DNA of 60,233 bases from Paracoccaceae bacterium (lineage in GTDB: Bacteria > Pseudomonadota > Alphaproteobacteria > Rhodobacterales > Rhodobacteraceae): assembly GCA_020446905.1 (NCBI GenBank), contig JAGRDU010000016.1:5881-66113 (forward strand), given 5' to 3'. The translations under genes and the position numbers were made by a program. The notes beneath the pieces are model-generated. The model searched no databases. It was not told the DNA's origin and saw nothing but the letters and a program-made list of their open reading frames with translations. How positions within the stretch are numbered: the stretch's first letter is position 1; the number at the start of each line of letters is the position of its first letter. Positions 18,726-28,930 of the stretch are shown one piece after another.

Positions 18726-19358
18726 ATGCTGACTAAAACCAAAGTTGCAGGCGCTTTCGCGGCGCTCGCACTGAGCGCCGCCGCGTCCGCGGCCAACGCT
18801 TACGTGATTGACTTCACCTCCAGCTCGACCGGCACGCGCGGCACACTGTTCGGCGGATCCGTCGTGTGGGAACTCTATTCCGACGGCCTTCTGGACAATT
18901 CCGATGCGTTCGATGGTGCGAGCGCGCCCGCCGGCACCGAGCTGTCGTTCGAGACCGATGGCTTCGGCACCGGCAGCGACGCTAGCCACTGGATCGGCAT
19001 CGATTTCAGCGCTCCCGTGCTGGTGGATGCCTTCCACTTCCTGAATCTGTTCAGTGAATCGTCGAACGGCACCGCCGAATACGCCTGGGTCGTCGTGAAC
19101 GGCGGAGAGCGGGAATACGAGTTCGTTGCGGGTGACGACTGGAGCCTCGGCGCCGCGGGATTCATCGGCGGTTCTGTCGACCCGATCCTCGCCTCGAGCA
19201 TCCGCATCATGACCGGGGGCGGCGCCGACGGGACCGCGCTGGCCGACGGGACGCTGGCGTCGATCGGCATCGCGCCGGTTCCGGTTCCGGCCGCCGGCGC
19301 GATGCTGCTCGCCGGCATCGGCGGGCTCGCCGCGCTGCGCCGTCGTCGCAAGGCCTGA
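18726..19358 (+). CDS. VPLPA-CTERM sorting-domain surface protein (exosortase D substrate)
   Basis: Signal peptide ending ANA; C-terminal APVPVPAAGAMLLAGIGGLAALRRRRKA = motif + TM helix + basic tail. Confidence 0.92.
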   Translation: MLTKTKVAGAFAALALSAAASAANAYVIDFTSSSTGTRGTLFGGSVVWELYSDGLLDNSDAFDGASAPAGTELSFETDGFGTGSDASHWIGIDFSAPVLVDAFHFLNLFSESSNGTAEYAWVVVNGGEREYEFVAGDDWSLGAAGFIGGSVDPILASSIRIMTGGGADGTALADGTLASIGIAPVPVPAAGAMLLAGIGGLAALRRRRKA

Positions 19359-19376
19359 AGTCAGCGACCGAAATCA

Positions 19377-19408
19377 AGAAAGGTCGGGCATCGCGCCCGG
19401 CCTTTTCT
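19377..19408. terminator. Bidirectional Rho-independent terminator
   Basis: AGAAAGGTCGGGC-atcgc-GCCCGGCCTTTTCT between convergent genes. Confidence 0.8.
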
Positions 19409-19442
19409 GTCTTGCCATCACTCGCGGGTGCCCGGAGCCGGC

Positions 19443-20273
19443 TCAGCCATAAGCGGCATAGCCGTAGCCATAGCCGACCGAGTCGTCCGAATAGCGGCAC
19501 TTGTTCAGCACGATGCCAAGAACGTTGGTCAACTGGGCAAGTTCCTTTTCGCAGATGTCGATATTGGCCAGCGTCGTGCTCTCCGCAGCCGCGACCAAGA
19601 GCGCGCAGTCGACGTTCGGCAGGAAGCCGACGTTATCGTCGCTGGCCAGCATCGGCGACATGTCGAAGATCATGATGTCGGGCTGCCAGACCCGCTCGAT
19701 CTCATCCAGCCGCTCGCGCGCGGCGGCGCTTTGCAGAAGCTCGGCCGGGTGCCGCGCGGCCCCCGCGTTCATCGCGAGGATGAGGTTCCCGCCGACACGC
19801 ACGGCGAGGTTCTCGAACGCGGCTGTGCCATCGAGCACATCGTGGATCGACATCGCCGGCTCATGGCCCACCGTCTTGTGCAGCGCGGGGCGGCGCAGGT
19901 CGAGGTCGACCAGCATGACTTTCAGGTCCTTCTGCCGCGACAGGCTGAGCGCCAGATTGACCGAGATCGTCGTCTTTCCGCAGGACGATCCGGGCGAGGT
20001 GATCGCAAGCCGGCTCCATCCCTTGTCCTTCATCATCCGGATGACGCGCGAGCGCAGCATGTCGTAGGGCGTTGCGTCCGCGCCGCCCGAAAGCGCCGTG
20101 ATCCGGTTGCGCGAGGCAAGCGCCGGCGAGAGCTTGATCTCCGGCAGCGCCATCCAGTCGGCGCCCGAGTTGCCCCCCTTGCTGACCACCTTGTCGCGCA
20201 CGACCTCGGGCGAGCCGAGAGCGGAACGGCGCATTTCCCGCGCCTTGGCCAGTGCAGCTTCGAGCTTTTCCAT
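19443..20273 (-). CDS. CpsD/CapB family bacterial tyrosine kinase
   Basis: Walker A SPGSSCGKTT, LVDLDLRRP, IFDMSP, C-terminal Tyr cluster YSDDSVGYGYGYAAYG. Confidence 0.9.
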   Translation of the reverse strand: MEKLEAALAKAREMRRSALGSPEVVRDKVVSKGGNSGADWMALPEIKLSPALASRNRITALSGGADATPYDMLRSRVIRMMKDKGWSRLAITSPGSSCGKTTISVNLALSLSRQKDLKVMLVDLDLRRPALHKTVGHEPAMSIHDVLDGTAAFENLAVRVGGNLILAMNAGAARHPAELLQSAAARERLDEIERVWQPDIMIFDMSPMLASDDNVGFLPNVDCALLVAAAESTTLANIDICEKELAQLTNVLGIVLNKCRYSDDSVGYGYGYAAYG

Positions 20274-20314
20274 CTAGTCCATCACTCCGGTTTCACCGCT
20301 CACAGAACCGCCGG

Positions 20315-21847
20315 TCAGAGGCGGAGACCCACCATCGACGCCAGTTTCGCGACGATGCTGTCGAGCGGCGCGTAGAATACGTGAATTGCATAGATCAGCG
20401 CCGGGATCCCGATCACGGCCAGGGCCAGCAAAGCTGCGAAACCCGACCGGCGCGCCATCGTCTCGGATGGCGTGCGCATGTAGGGAATTGTCGCGATTGG
20501 CGTGATTCCGAACGCTTTTGTGAGGTCCTTGGGCCGACGAACCGCACCGTTGAGCAGCTCGAGCAGGACAACCGTCGCAAGCCCCATGAAGATGCCGCCA
20601 CCCACCCCTGCAATGGCAATGAACAGCCGGTTCGGCTTGAACGGCCTGTCGGGGATCGTCGCGGCGTCCACCACGGCGACCCGTTCGCCCTTGGCGCCGA
20701 CGACGGTCTTCTCGCCTGCCATGGCCTTGGCCAGGTTGTCGACCGTGTTGTTGTACTGCTGCTGAATGTTCGCATAGTCGCGGTTCAGCGCGTCGAGCGC
20801 GATCTGGTTCGCCGGGGTGCGGTCGATCGAGTCCTTGAGGACGTCGAGCTGGCCCACGATCTTCTTGCGCTCCTCCTCGGAGATGGCCATGCGGCTGTCG
20901 ATATCGGCGAGTTGCGCCTCGAAGATCGTCGCGGTGGGATCGCTGGATCCCTTCACCGGAAGCTGCCCCTTCACAACCTCTTCCAACTGCGAGATCTGCG
21001 CCTCGAGGTTTTTCACCTTCGGGTTTTCGGGCGCAAGCAACGCAAGCATGCTGTTGAGCTGCTGCTTCATCTGTTCGAGTTGTCGCGCCTCGGGCGTGAG
21101 GTTGGCGTTGCTGGCATTCACCTGGCCGGTCGAGTTGAAGATCTCGACCATCCGCGCCCGCTGATCCTTCAGCGTCGCGATGTCGCGCTCGACCGTGGCG
21201 AGGCGTTCCTGCAGGTTCGTCTGCTGGCTGAGCCGGTAACTGAGCGTCGAGGGCAGCGCATCGGAATTCTTGTTCTGGAAGTCGAGGATCTTCGCGCTCA
21301 TCAGGTCGAGCTGACCGGAAAGCTGGTCGCGCTGCTGCTCGAAGAAGTCGACGGTGCCTTCGGCGCTCTTGGTACGACCCTCGACATCCTCGTTCTGGAT
21401 GAGCGTGACGTATTCGTTGACGACGCCGGCAGCGATCGGCCCCGACTCCGCCTCGAATGTCACGGTCATGACCGTCGCCTCGCCGCGGCCCGTCAGCTTG
21501 TCGATCGTCGTGTGCGCGCGCATCGAATCGACGATGTCGTCCGGCGTCATCGACGACATGCCCTTGAAAACCTTGAGCTTCTGGGCAATCTCCAGAAGGT
21601 TCGGCCGCTTCATCAGGTTGTTCTCGATTGTCTGCAGCCGGGCGAGCGCCTCGGCCTGCACGCGCGGTGCGTCAAGCTCGGACGGCAGTTGCGGCGCCTC
21701 GACCATCAGGACTGAGCTGGACCGATAAACCGGTGGCAGCATCAGCGCCGCAGCGATCGCGGCGGCCGTGACCAGCGCGAAGACAAGGATGAAGTAGGGC
21801 AGCCGACGCAGGAAGACCGCAAAATAGAAGGACAGGTCGAGGTTCAT
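20315..21847 (-). CDS. Polysaccharide co-polymerase / chain-length determinant (GumC/Wzc N-terminal type)
   Basis: N-terminal TM + PPVYRSSS, long coiled coil, VVDAATIPDRPFKPNR + TM. Confidence 0.88.
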   Translation of the reverse strand: MNLDLSFYFAVFLRRLPYFILVFALVTAAAIAAALMLPPVYRSSSVLMVEAPQLPSELDAPRVQAEALARLQTIENNLMKRPNLLEIAQKLKVFKGMSSMTPDDIVDSMRAHTTIDKLTGRGEATVMTVTFEAESGPIAAGVVNEYVTLIQNEDVEGRTKSAEGTVDFFEQQRDQLSGQLDLMSAKILDFQNKNSDALPSTLSYRLSQQTNLQERLATVERDIATLKDQRARMVEIFNSTGQVNASNANLTPEARQLEQMKQQLNSMLALLAPENPKVKNLEAQISQLEEVVKGQLPVKGSSDPTATIFEAQLADIDSRMAISEEERKKIVGQLDVLKDSIDRTPANQIALDALNRDYANIQQQYNNTVDNLAKAMAGEKTVVGAKGERVAVVDAATIPDRPFKPNRLFIAIAGVGGGIFMGLATVVLLELLNGAVRRPKDLTKAFGITPIATIPYMRTPSETMARRSGFAALLALAVIGIPALIYAIHVFYAPLDSIVAKLASMVGLRL

Positions 21848-22734
21848 TTTCGCTTCTCTTCTTCCGCCGCGATCTGCGCAGCAAAGAACACGCCATCGTC
21901 CAGGACGGACTGGACGACATGCTCGTCGACGTGGTGGTTATCCATGCTCCAGGCGTAAAGCAACGCCATGTCGCAGAGTTGATTGACGAGCCGCGGCACG
22001 CCATGGGTCATCCGGTAGATCGTCTTGGCCGCGCCGGGCGTGAACTCCTGGCCGGTGCCGCCGGCCGCCTTGAGCCGGTGCGAGATCAGCTCGATCACCG
22101 CCGCCTCGTCGAGGGGCATCAGGTGGAAACTGGCCGCGATCCGCTGGGCGAGCTGGCGCAGCGACGGATCGAGCACCATGTCCCGAAGCTCGGGTTGGCC
22201 GACGAGGACAAGCTGGATCACCTCGTCTTTGCCCGAGTTGATGTTGGTCAGCATCCGCAACTCTTCGAGGCTCTCGGGGGAGAGGTTCTGTGCCTCGTCG
22301 AAGATCAGGACGACACGCCGGCCCGAGGCATATTCCTCGACGAGGTAGTCCTGCAGCTTCTGGAAAAGCTGGACGTAGCCGACACTCGGGTCGAAGGGCA
22401 CGCCGAGCGAGTTCAGGACCCACTGGATCAGCTCTCCCCGTCCGCCCTGGGCGTTGGAGATGAGGCCGACGGTGACTTTCGAGCCGAACTGGCGCAGAAG
22501 CTCGCGCAGAAGCGTGGTCTTGCCGCAGCCGACGCCGCCGGTGACGAGCGTGATCGGAGCCCGGCTGAGAATGCCGAACTCGAGCACCGAATAGGCGCGC
22601 CGGTGCTGCGCCGACCAGAACAGGAAATCCGGGTCCGGGACAAGCGTGAACGGCCGCTCGCGGAACCCGAAGAATTCCATATAGAAGCCGACGCTGCTGC
22701 TTTCGTCTGTAGGGGTCTCCACGACCTTATTCAT
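21844..22734 (-). CDS. ExeA/GspA-like AAA ATPase (PEP-CTERM-system-associated type)
   Basis: FFGFRERPF, Walker A GGVGCGKTT, Walker B LIFDEAQ, LVGQPEL, GVPRLVNQLC. Confidence 0.9.
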   Translation of the reverse strand: MNKVVETPTDESSSVGFYMEFFGFRERPFTLVPDPDFLFWSAQHRRAYSVLEFGILSRAPITLVTGGVGCGKTTLLRELLRQFGSKVTVGLISNAQGGRGELIQWVLNSLGVPFDPSVGYVQLFQKLQDYLVEEYASGRRVVLIFDEAQNLSPESLEELRMLTNINSGKDEVIQLVLVGQPELRDMVLDPSLRQLAQRIAASFHLMPLDEAAVIELISHRLKAAGGTGQEFTPGAAKTIYRMTHGVPRLVNQLCDMALLYAWSMDNHHVDEHVVQSVLDDGVFFAAQIAAEEEKRK

Positions 22735-23239
22735 CCGTTATCCATTCAAACGAAGCCGGAACGCGCGACGTCCCGAAGTACTCGCCACACACACCTGCTC
22801 GGATCGGGGAATGTCCACAAAAACACGGCAACTTAAAGGCGGTCAGCGTACAAGGTTCCGGCCAAACGGGGCTTTCGACGGACCTTATAGGCGTCAATCG
22901 TCCGTCTTTCGATTCGTTTCTTGCTTTGCTTCCTCACACTTCGGACACCTGAAGACAATGTTGCAGCGCAGCATGACTGTCGAGTTACACGAAACAATAT
23001 TCTCGCCAGCGAACACTCATCGCGCCGAAACAGTCTTCGGCGCACGGCAAGATTCAGCCAGACTCCCGTGCAAATAGAGCTACTTAGCAACTTGCTGATT
23101 CCGCTGCGGCTGCGAAGGTGCTATGCCAGCCCGGTGGCGGGCCGCGGAGCAGAGAATCGACTTCCGCAGCTTCTGGGCGTACCTTTGGCGGTGCCTGGAG
23201 TTTGAGTGACGACGTGTGAGTGGCGAGCGGGGCGAGAGT

Positions 23240-23929
23240 ATGACGCTGCAGATCGACGATCCGTCTGGAGAGTTGCGCATGGCCAGTGCCCCGACGGGAC
23301 CGGTTCACGTACCGCGTCGCCATGGCCTTTACCGCAACTACATCAAGCGGCTCTTCGACATTGCCGCCGTTCTGGCAAGCAGCATCATCGTTCTTCCCGT
23401 GGTGCTTGTTCTGGCGATGATCGTCGCGACGGACGGCTCCTCGCCGTTCTACTGGAACGATCGCGTCGGCAAGGGCGGACGCACTTTCCGGATGCTGAAG
23501 CTGCGCACGATGGTGCCGAATGCCGACGCCATGCTCCAGGAATACCTTGATCGCAACGCCGAGGCGCGTCTGGAATGGGACAGCACCCAGAAGCTCAAGA
23601 CGGATCCCCGGATCACCCGCATCGGTCGCATTCTGCGCAAGACCTCGATCGACGAGCTGCCGCAACTGTGGAATGTCCTCATCGGGGACATGTCGCTTGT
23701 CGGGCCGCGCCCGATGATGCCGAACCAGCGCTCGCTCTATCACGGGCTCGCCTATTATGCGCTCCGTCCGGGGGTCACCGGGCCCTGGCAGATCTCGGAC
23801 CGCAACGAATCGGCCTTTTCTAAACGGGCGGAGTTCGACAGCCAGTATGACGCCACGGTGTCCCTGGGGGTCGATCTGAGGATATTGTTCGCTACCGTAG
23901 CGGTAGTGTTCCGGGGAACCGGCTATTGA
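23240..23929 (+). CDS. Priming sugar transferase (undecaprenyl-phosphate glycosylphosphotransferase)
   Basis: KRLFDI, KLRTM, DPRITRIGRILRKTSIDELPQLWNVLIGDMSLVGPRP, RPGVTGPWQ. Confidence 0.93.
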   Translation: MTLQIDDPSGELRMASAPTGPVHVPRRHGLYRNYIKRLFDIAAVLASSIIVLPVVLVLAMIVATDGSSPFYWNDRVGKGGRTFRMLKLRTMVPNADAMLQEYLDRNAEARLEWDSTQKLKTDPRITRIGRILRKTSIDELPQLWNVLIGDMSLVGPRPMMPNQRSLYHGLAYYALRPGVTGPWQISDRNESAFSKRAEFDSQYDATVSLGVDLRILFATVAVVFRGTGY

Positions 23930-24044
23930 ATTGACGGGCCGGTGCCAATTCGGGCAGAAAGTCAAGCGGGGGCAAAGTCGTCACAGGGCGGCCGGTGATT
24001 ATCCACCGGTCGTCAACAAAGATGAGACCTATCGAGGGTAACGA

Positions 24045-26504
24045 ATGGCCTTCCGCAAGACGCTTTCTGTGGTCGCACTGACCGCGGCGCTGATGGCATT
24101 GTCCGCCTGCGACAACGCCAAGCAGCGCGCCGAGAAACATTACCAGACCGGCCTGTCCTACCTGCAATCTGGCGATGTGGAACGCGCGCTGGTCGAATTC
24201 CGCAATGTCTTCAAGCTTGACGGCAACCACAGGGAGGCGCGCCGCGCCTACGCCGACGCGGAACGTGACCGCGGCAACCTGCGCGAGGCGTTCTCGCAAT
24301 ACCTGCGCCTTGACGAACAGTACCCGGGTGATCTCGAGACGCTGCGTGCCCTTGCCAGCATCGCCAGCCAGGCCGGCGACTGGGACCTTGCCTCAACCTA
24401 CGCAACCTCGGCGCTCGCCATCGCGCCGGACGATGTCGACATGCGCGCGGCCAAGATCGCAGCCGATTACGGAACCGCGGTTGCCGCCAACGACGTCGAC
24501 CTGATGCTCAAGGCGCCGGCCGAGGCGCGCGAGTTGCTGGCCAAGCTGCCCGCCAACCTGCCGCTGCGCCGCGTCGTGATCGACGACCTGATCCGGGGCG
24601 AGAAATACGAAGAGGCGTTGACCCATCTCGACGCCGCCCTCAAGCTTTCCCCCGATGACCGGTCGCTGTATGCGATCCGCCTGACCGCGCTCTCTGCCCT
24701 CGGCGAGGATGACCAGGTCGAGGCGGGTCTCATCGACCTGGTCGAGCGCTTTCCCGACGCTCCCGAGATGAGCCAGGCGCTGGTGCGCTGGTACACCTCG
24801 CGCAGCGAGATCGACAAGGCCGAGGCCTTCCTGCGCGGCCGCCTCCAGCCCGGCGCCGCCGACCGCGACAAGGAACCGATCCTTGAACTCGTGCGCTTCC
24901 TTGCCGATCAGCGCGGCCCGGACGCAGCAATCGACGCCCTGACCGCCGTGATCGACAGCGGCGCGACCTCGCCTGTCTATCGCGCCGCCCGCGCGGGTTT
25001 CCACTTCGACCTCGGACAACGGGACGAGGCGATCGAGGAAATGAAGACCCTCTTGCAGGACGCGCCCCCCTCGACCGACACGCGCCGCGCCAAGGTCGGC
25101 CTGGCACGAATGCTCTCGACCATCGGAAATCCGGTTGGCGCGCGCGCCCTTGTCGAGGAAGTCCTCGCAGAGGACAGCGGCGACATCGAGGCGCTGAAGC
25201 TCAAGGCCGGCTGGCTGATCCTCGATGATCACGTCGGTGACGCGATTGCGACGCTGCGCCGCGCCTACGATCAGAATCCGCGCGATGCGTCCATCCTGAC
25301 GCTGATGGCGCAGGCCTATGAGCGCGACGGCAACCGCGACCTGATGCGCGAATCCCTGTCGCTCGCGGTGCAGGCCTCGAACAATGCTCCGGCGGAGTCG
25401 CTGCTCTACGCCCAGTTCCTCGCCGGCGAGGGCAAGCTGTTGCCGGCGGAAGGCGTCCTTATCGACTCGCTCCGCCTTTCGCCGGGCGAACCGGGCCTTC
25501 TCATCCCCCTCGGCCAGCTCTATGTCCAGCTGCAGGACTGGTCGCGTGCCGAAGGGATCGCAAAGGCTCTGGAAAGCGGCACCGAACCGGAGACCGTACA
25601 GGCGGCCCAGACGCTGCGCGCGGCAATCTACGGCGCACGACAGAACTCCGATCAGGCGATCGGATACCTGCAGGGCCTCGTCGATCAGGGGCAGGGCGGG
25701 CTCGAGGCGAAGATCGCGATCCTCAGGACTCATCTGGCCAACGACCAGAACGACAAGGCGATCGCCTATGCCGCCGAGCTTCTGGCGAGCGATCCGGAAA
25801 ATGCAGACCTCCAGTTCATCGACGCTTCCGTGCGCGCGCTTGCCGGCGACAACGCCGGCGCCGAGGCAACCTACCGCAAGCTGATCGCGCAGGACGAGCG
25901 GCGCCTGCCCGTCTGGCTTGCACTCGCCCGACTCGTCGCTTCGGAATCCCCCGCGCGGGTTCCCGAAGCGGAATCCCTGATCGACAAGGCGCTGACCATT
26001 GCGCCCACCGCATCGGAACTGCGCTGGGCCAAGGCCGGCTTCCTTGAGCGCGGCGGCAACATCGACGGCGCCATCGCGATCTATGAGGCGCTTTATCAGG
26101 AAAACAGCGGCAACCCGATCATCGCCAACAACCTCGCGAGCCTCCTGTCGAACTTCCGCACGGACGAGGACAGCCTCGCCAAGGCCGAACTCATCGCCCG
26201 CCGCCTGCGCGGCAGCAACGTTGCCCCCTATCAGGACACCTATGGCTGGATCGCCTATCTGCGTGGCAACACCGGCGAGGCCGAGGCCGAGCTGGAAAAG
26301 GCCGCCGCGGGCCTGCCGAAGGACCCGATGGTGCGCTACCATCTGGCGATGACCTACCTCAAACGCGACCGCAAACCCGAGGCCCTGGCCGAGTTCCAGG
26401 CCGCGCTCGACCTCGTCGAGGCGAGCGATTCGCGTGACTTTGTGACCATCGCGCGGCAGGAATCTGACCGATTGACGGCTGAGGGCGTGACAATCGGGAA
26501 CTGA
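24045..26504 (+). CDS. TPR-repeat lipoprotein (PrsT-like)
   Basis: Lipobox LSAC, many TPR-like helices, IANNLA...QDTYGW...RYHLA at the C-terminus. Confidence 0.85.
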   Translation: MAFRKTLSVVALTAALMALSACDNAKQRAEKHYQTGLSYLQSGDVERALVEFRNVFKLDGNHREARRAYADAERDRGNLREAFSQYLRLDEQYPGDLETLRALASIASQAGDWDLASTYATSALAIAPDDVDMRAAKIAADYGTAVAANDVDLMLKAPAEARELLAKLPANLPLRRVVIDDLIRGEKYEEALTHLDAALKLSPDDRSLYAIRLTALSALGEDDQVEAGLIDLVERFPDAPEMSQALVRWYTSRSEIDKAEAFLRGRLQPGAADRDKEPILELVRFLADQRGPDAAIDALTAVIDSGATSPVYRAARAGFHFDLGQRDEAIEEMKTLLQDAPPSTDTRRAKVGLARMLSTIGNPVGARALVEEVLAEDSGDIEALKLKAGWLILDDHVGDAIATLRRAYDQNPRDASILTLMAQAYERDGNRDLMRESLSLAVQASNNAPAESLLYAQFLAGEGKLLPAEGVLIDSLRLSPGEPGLLIPLGQLYVQLQDWSRAEGIAKALESGTEPETVQAAQTLRAAIYGARQNSDQAIGYLQGLVDQGQGGLEAKIAILRTHLANDQNDKAIAYAAELLASDPENADLQFIDASVRALAGDNAGAEATYRKLIAQDERRLPVWLALARLVASESPARVPEAESLIDKALTIAPTASELRWAKAGFLERGGNIDGAIAIYEALYQENSGNPIIANNLASLLSNFRTDEDSLAKAELIARRLRGSNVAPYQDTYGWIAYLRGNTGEAEAELEKAAAGLPKDPMVRYHLAMTYLKRDRKPEALAEFQAALDLVEASDSRDFVTIARQESDRLTAEGVTIGN

Positions 26505-26638
26505 ACTGGCAGTCTGTTGCCCATCTGGCACGAAATGGCGCCGACTTGGCGTCTGACATGAGGTTTGCTAGTTAAGATTTTGATTTCGGCGCTTTCAAAG
26601 CTACCGTCAGCGCGACTCGACTATTCTAAGGAGCCGAC

Positions 26639-27274
26639 ATGTTCAGAGTTTTGGCAGGCCTCCTTCTGGCAGTGCTTCTCGTTCCCGCAGCCTGGGCCCA
26701 AAGCGGCTATCGTGTGCAGGCGGGCGACGTCCTGCAGATGGAAGTGCTTGAAGACCCCAGCCTCAACCGCAGCCTTCTCGTCCTTCCGGACGGTAACGTC
26801 AGCCTGCCGCTCGTTGGCAACGTGCGTGCCTCGGGCAAGAGCGTCGAGGGCCTCCGCGCCGCGATCTCGTCCGCGCTTGCGCCCAACTTCGCCTCGGCAC
26901 CGACGGTGTTCCTTTCGGTCGGCCAGCTGAACCCGGTGACCACAGCCGTCACCGGCGCGCTCGCGCAGCAGGCCGCGGCGAACGTGCGCCCCTATGGCAC
27001 CGTGACCATCTATGCGATGGGCGAATTCAACACCCAGGGCGCGAAGAACATCAAGTCCGGCACGACGCTGCTGCAGTTCCTCGCCGAAGCGGGCGGGCTG
27101 TCGCGCTTTGCCGCGACCAAGCGGATCCAGCTTCACCGCCCGGACAAGAAGACCGGGTCGGAAACCGTGTACAAGTTCGACTACAAGGCCGTGCAGGCAG
27201 GCGCACGCGCTCCTGTGATCGTGCTCAGGGATGGCGACGTCATCGTGGCTCCGGAGCGTAAACTCTTCGAATAA
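26639..27274 (+). CDS. Polysaccharide biosynthesis/export protein (Wza-like)
   Basis: YRVQAGDVLQMEV...VLPDGNVSLPLVGNVRASG, SLBB-like AGGLSRFA, LRDGDVIVAP. Confidence 0.9.
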   Translation: MFRVLAGLLLAVLLVPAAWAQSGYRVQAGDVLQMEVLEDPSLNRSLLVLPDGNVSLPLVGNVRASGKSVEGLRAAISSALAPNFASAPTVFLSVGQLNPVTTAVTGALAQQAAANVRPYGTVTIYAMGEFNTQGAKNIKSGTTLLQFLAEAGGLSRFAATKRIQLHRPDKKTGSETVYKFDYKAVQAGARAPVIVLRDGDVIVAPERKLFE

Positions 27275-27289
27275 CAAAAGGCGAATACG

Positions 27290-28819
27290 GTGGGGACGAG
27301 CAGAACAACGATCGCGGCAATCGCGGCACTCTCGACAATCTGGCCTGAAGCCGCGCTCCCTCAGGGGGGCGCGACTGTCACATCAGGCGGAACGACGACG
27401 AGTGCCTCCACGACGGCTTCCGGCGCTACGGGAACGACGACCGCGACGGCGGCCCCCGCGGCCATGGGATCGCAGACGGCCGCTGCCCCGCAGACGCCGG
27501 CACGCGGCGGGCTTCAGGTCGACCTCGGCTTCGACACGAAGCTGACGGTCGATGACAACTATCAGCTGCAGCCGAACTCTTCGGGCACGTCGACCTTCTG
27601 GGACAACACGTTCACTTTCGATCTGTCGAGCGTGACCGGCGTGCAGGACCTGAACCTCACCGCCTCGGGCGTCTACCGCTACGGTCAAATCCCCGGCCGC
27701 ACCGTTTCGGGCCTGGAAGACCCGACCGTTCGCTTTCGCTACACGCGCGACGGCCTGAACAGCCGGCTCGACGTGAATGCACGTTATCGCCATGTCGCCC
27801 GTGAATTCCTCGACCCCTTCCAGGTCGAACAGGAAGACCGGAACGCGATCCTGACGGGCCTCTTCTTGCCCGGCGGCGGTACCGTGACCTATCGCAACGC
27901 CGGGATCGACTATGTCACCGGGCTGAACGATCCCTTCATGCTTGCCCTGTCGCTGAGCCATGACCAGACCAGCTACGATTCTGTCGCGACGGCGGCCAAC
28001 CCGCTGCTCTTCGGGAACAAGACCGACAGCGCTTCGGCCACGGCGACCTTCAAGTTCTCGCAGATCACGGCGCTCTACTTCCAGCTCGGCATCGACGAAT
28101 ATAAGGCCGAGGACAGCGTCCGCACCGAGCGTACGACTGACAGCTTCGCGGTCGGACTGACCCATGACATCGACCCCGCCCTCGCGCTCGACGCCCAGAT
28201 CGGGTACACGGACGTCGAGACGACCACGACCGGCGGCACCGCCAGCGTCGATGGCCTGACCGGCGCGGTCACGCTGACCAAGACCCTGACCAACGGCACC
28301 GTCTATGGCAGCGTCGATTCCTCGGTGAACGAGAACGGCACGACCACCTCGCTCAGCTTCGGCCGCGACCTGCAACTTCCGCTCGGCAACCTGACCGCCG
28401 TCGTCGGTGGCACGTATACCCCTTCGGGCGATACCTACGTGACCGGCTCGCTTCTCCTGACGCGCCAGCTCAAGACCTCGGACCTGACGCTTGCCATCGA
28501 CCGCGGCGTCTCGACCAACACCTCGAGTGCCGATGTCGTCGATACCCGGGTCAGCTTCACCTACGGCTACGCGATCAACAACAACTCGCGCCTCAGCCTG
28601 TCGCTGAACTGGGGCCAGTCGGAGAGCGTGCTTGCCGGCGCCGCACCAACGGTCGAGCGCACGACGCTCGATGCCGCCTATTCCTACGACCTCACGCAGG
28701 ACTGGGCGCTGACCGGCGGGGTATCGATCCGCACGCGCTCCGATTCGACCTCGCCGGGCGACGCGCGCTCGAACGCCGTCTTCCTCGGGCTCGGCCGCTC
28801 GTTCAGCTACCGGCCCTGA
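27290..28819 (+). CDS. Probable outer-membrane beta-barrel protein of the exopolysaccharide/exosortase system
   Basis: Signal peptide, Thr/Ala-rich N-terminus, amphipathic beta strands, terminal VFLGLGRSFSY; lies between wza and xrtD. Confidence 0.72.
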   Translation: MGTSRTTIAAIAALSTIWPEAALPQGGATVTSGGTTTSASTTASGATGTTTATAAPAAMGSQTAAAPQTPARGGLQVDLGFDTKLTVDDNYQLQPNSSGTSTFWDNTFTFDLSSVTGVQDLNLTASGVYRYGQIPGRTVSGLEDPTVRFRYTRDGLNSRLDVNARYRHVAREFLDPFQVEQEDRNAILTGLFLPGGGTVTYRNAGIDYVTGLNDPFMLALSLSHDQTSYDSVATAANPLLFGNKTDSASATATFKFSQITALYFQLGIDEYKAEDSVRTERTTDSFAVGLTHDIDPALALDAQIGYTDVETTTTGGTASVDGLTGAVTLTKTLTNGTVYGSVDSSVNENGTTTSLSFGRDLQLPLGNLTAVVGGTYTPSGDTYVTGSLLLTRQLKTSDLTLAIDRGVSTNTSSADVVDTRVSFTYGYAINNNSRLSLSLNWGQSESVLAGAAPTVERTTLDAAYSYDLTQDWALTGGVSIRTRSDSTSPGDARSNAVFLGLGRSFSYRP

Positions 28820-28930
28820 ACAAATCCCAAGGGAACGGGGCGGGCGCCGCCCCGTTGACGCAATTGTGTCCCTGCTGCGCCCGATTTCCCTTATAGCGTC
28901 GTCAGTTGTAGTTTTCGCGGGCCAGAAGTC

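Noticed and set aside
23999-24007. Near-DnaA box TTATCCACC upstream of the TPR lipoprotein
   Set aside because: One mismatch, isolated, and part of a small hairpin; expected by chance
26505-26540. Sigma54-like TGGCA...GC sequences upstream of wza (also near 18534)
   Set aside because: Spacing is GG-N9-GC, not the required GG-N10-GC
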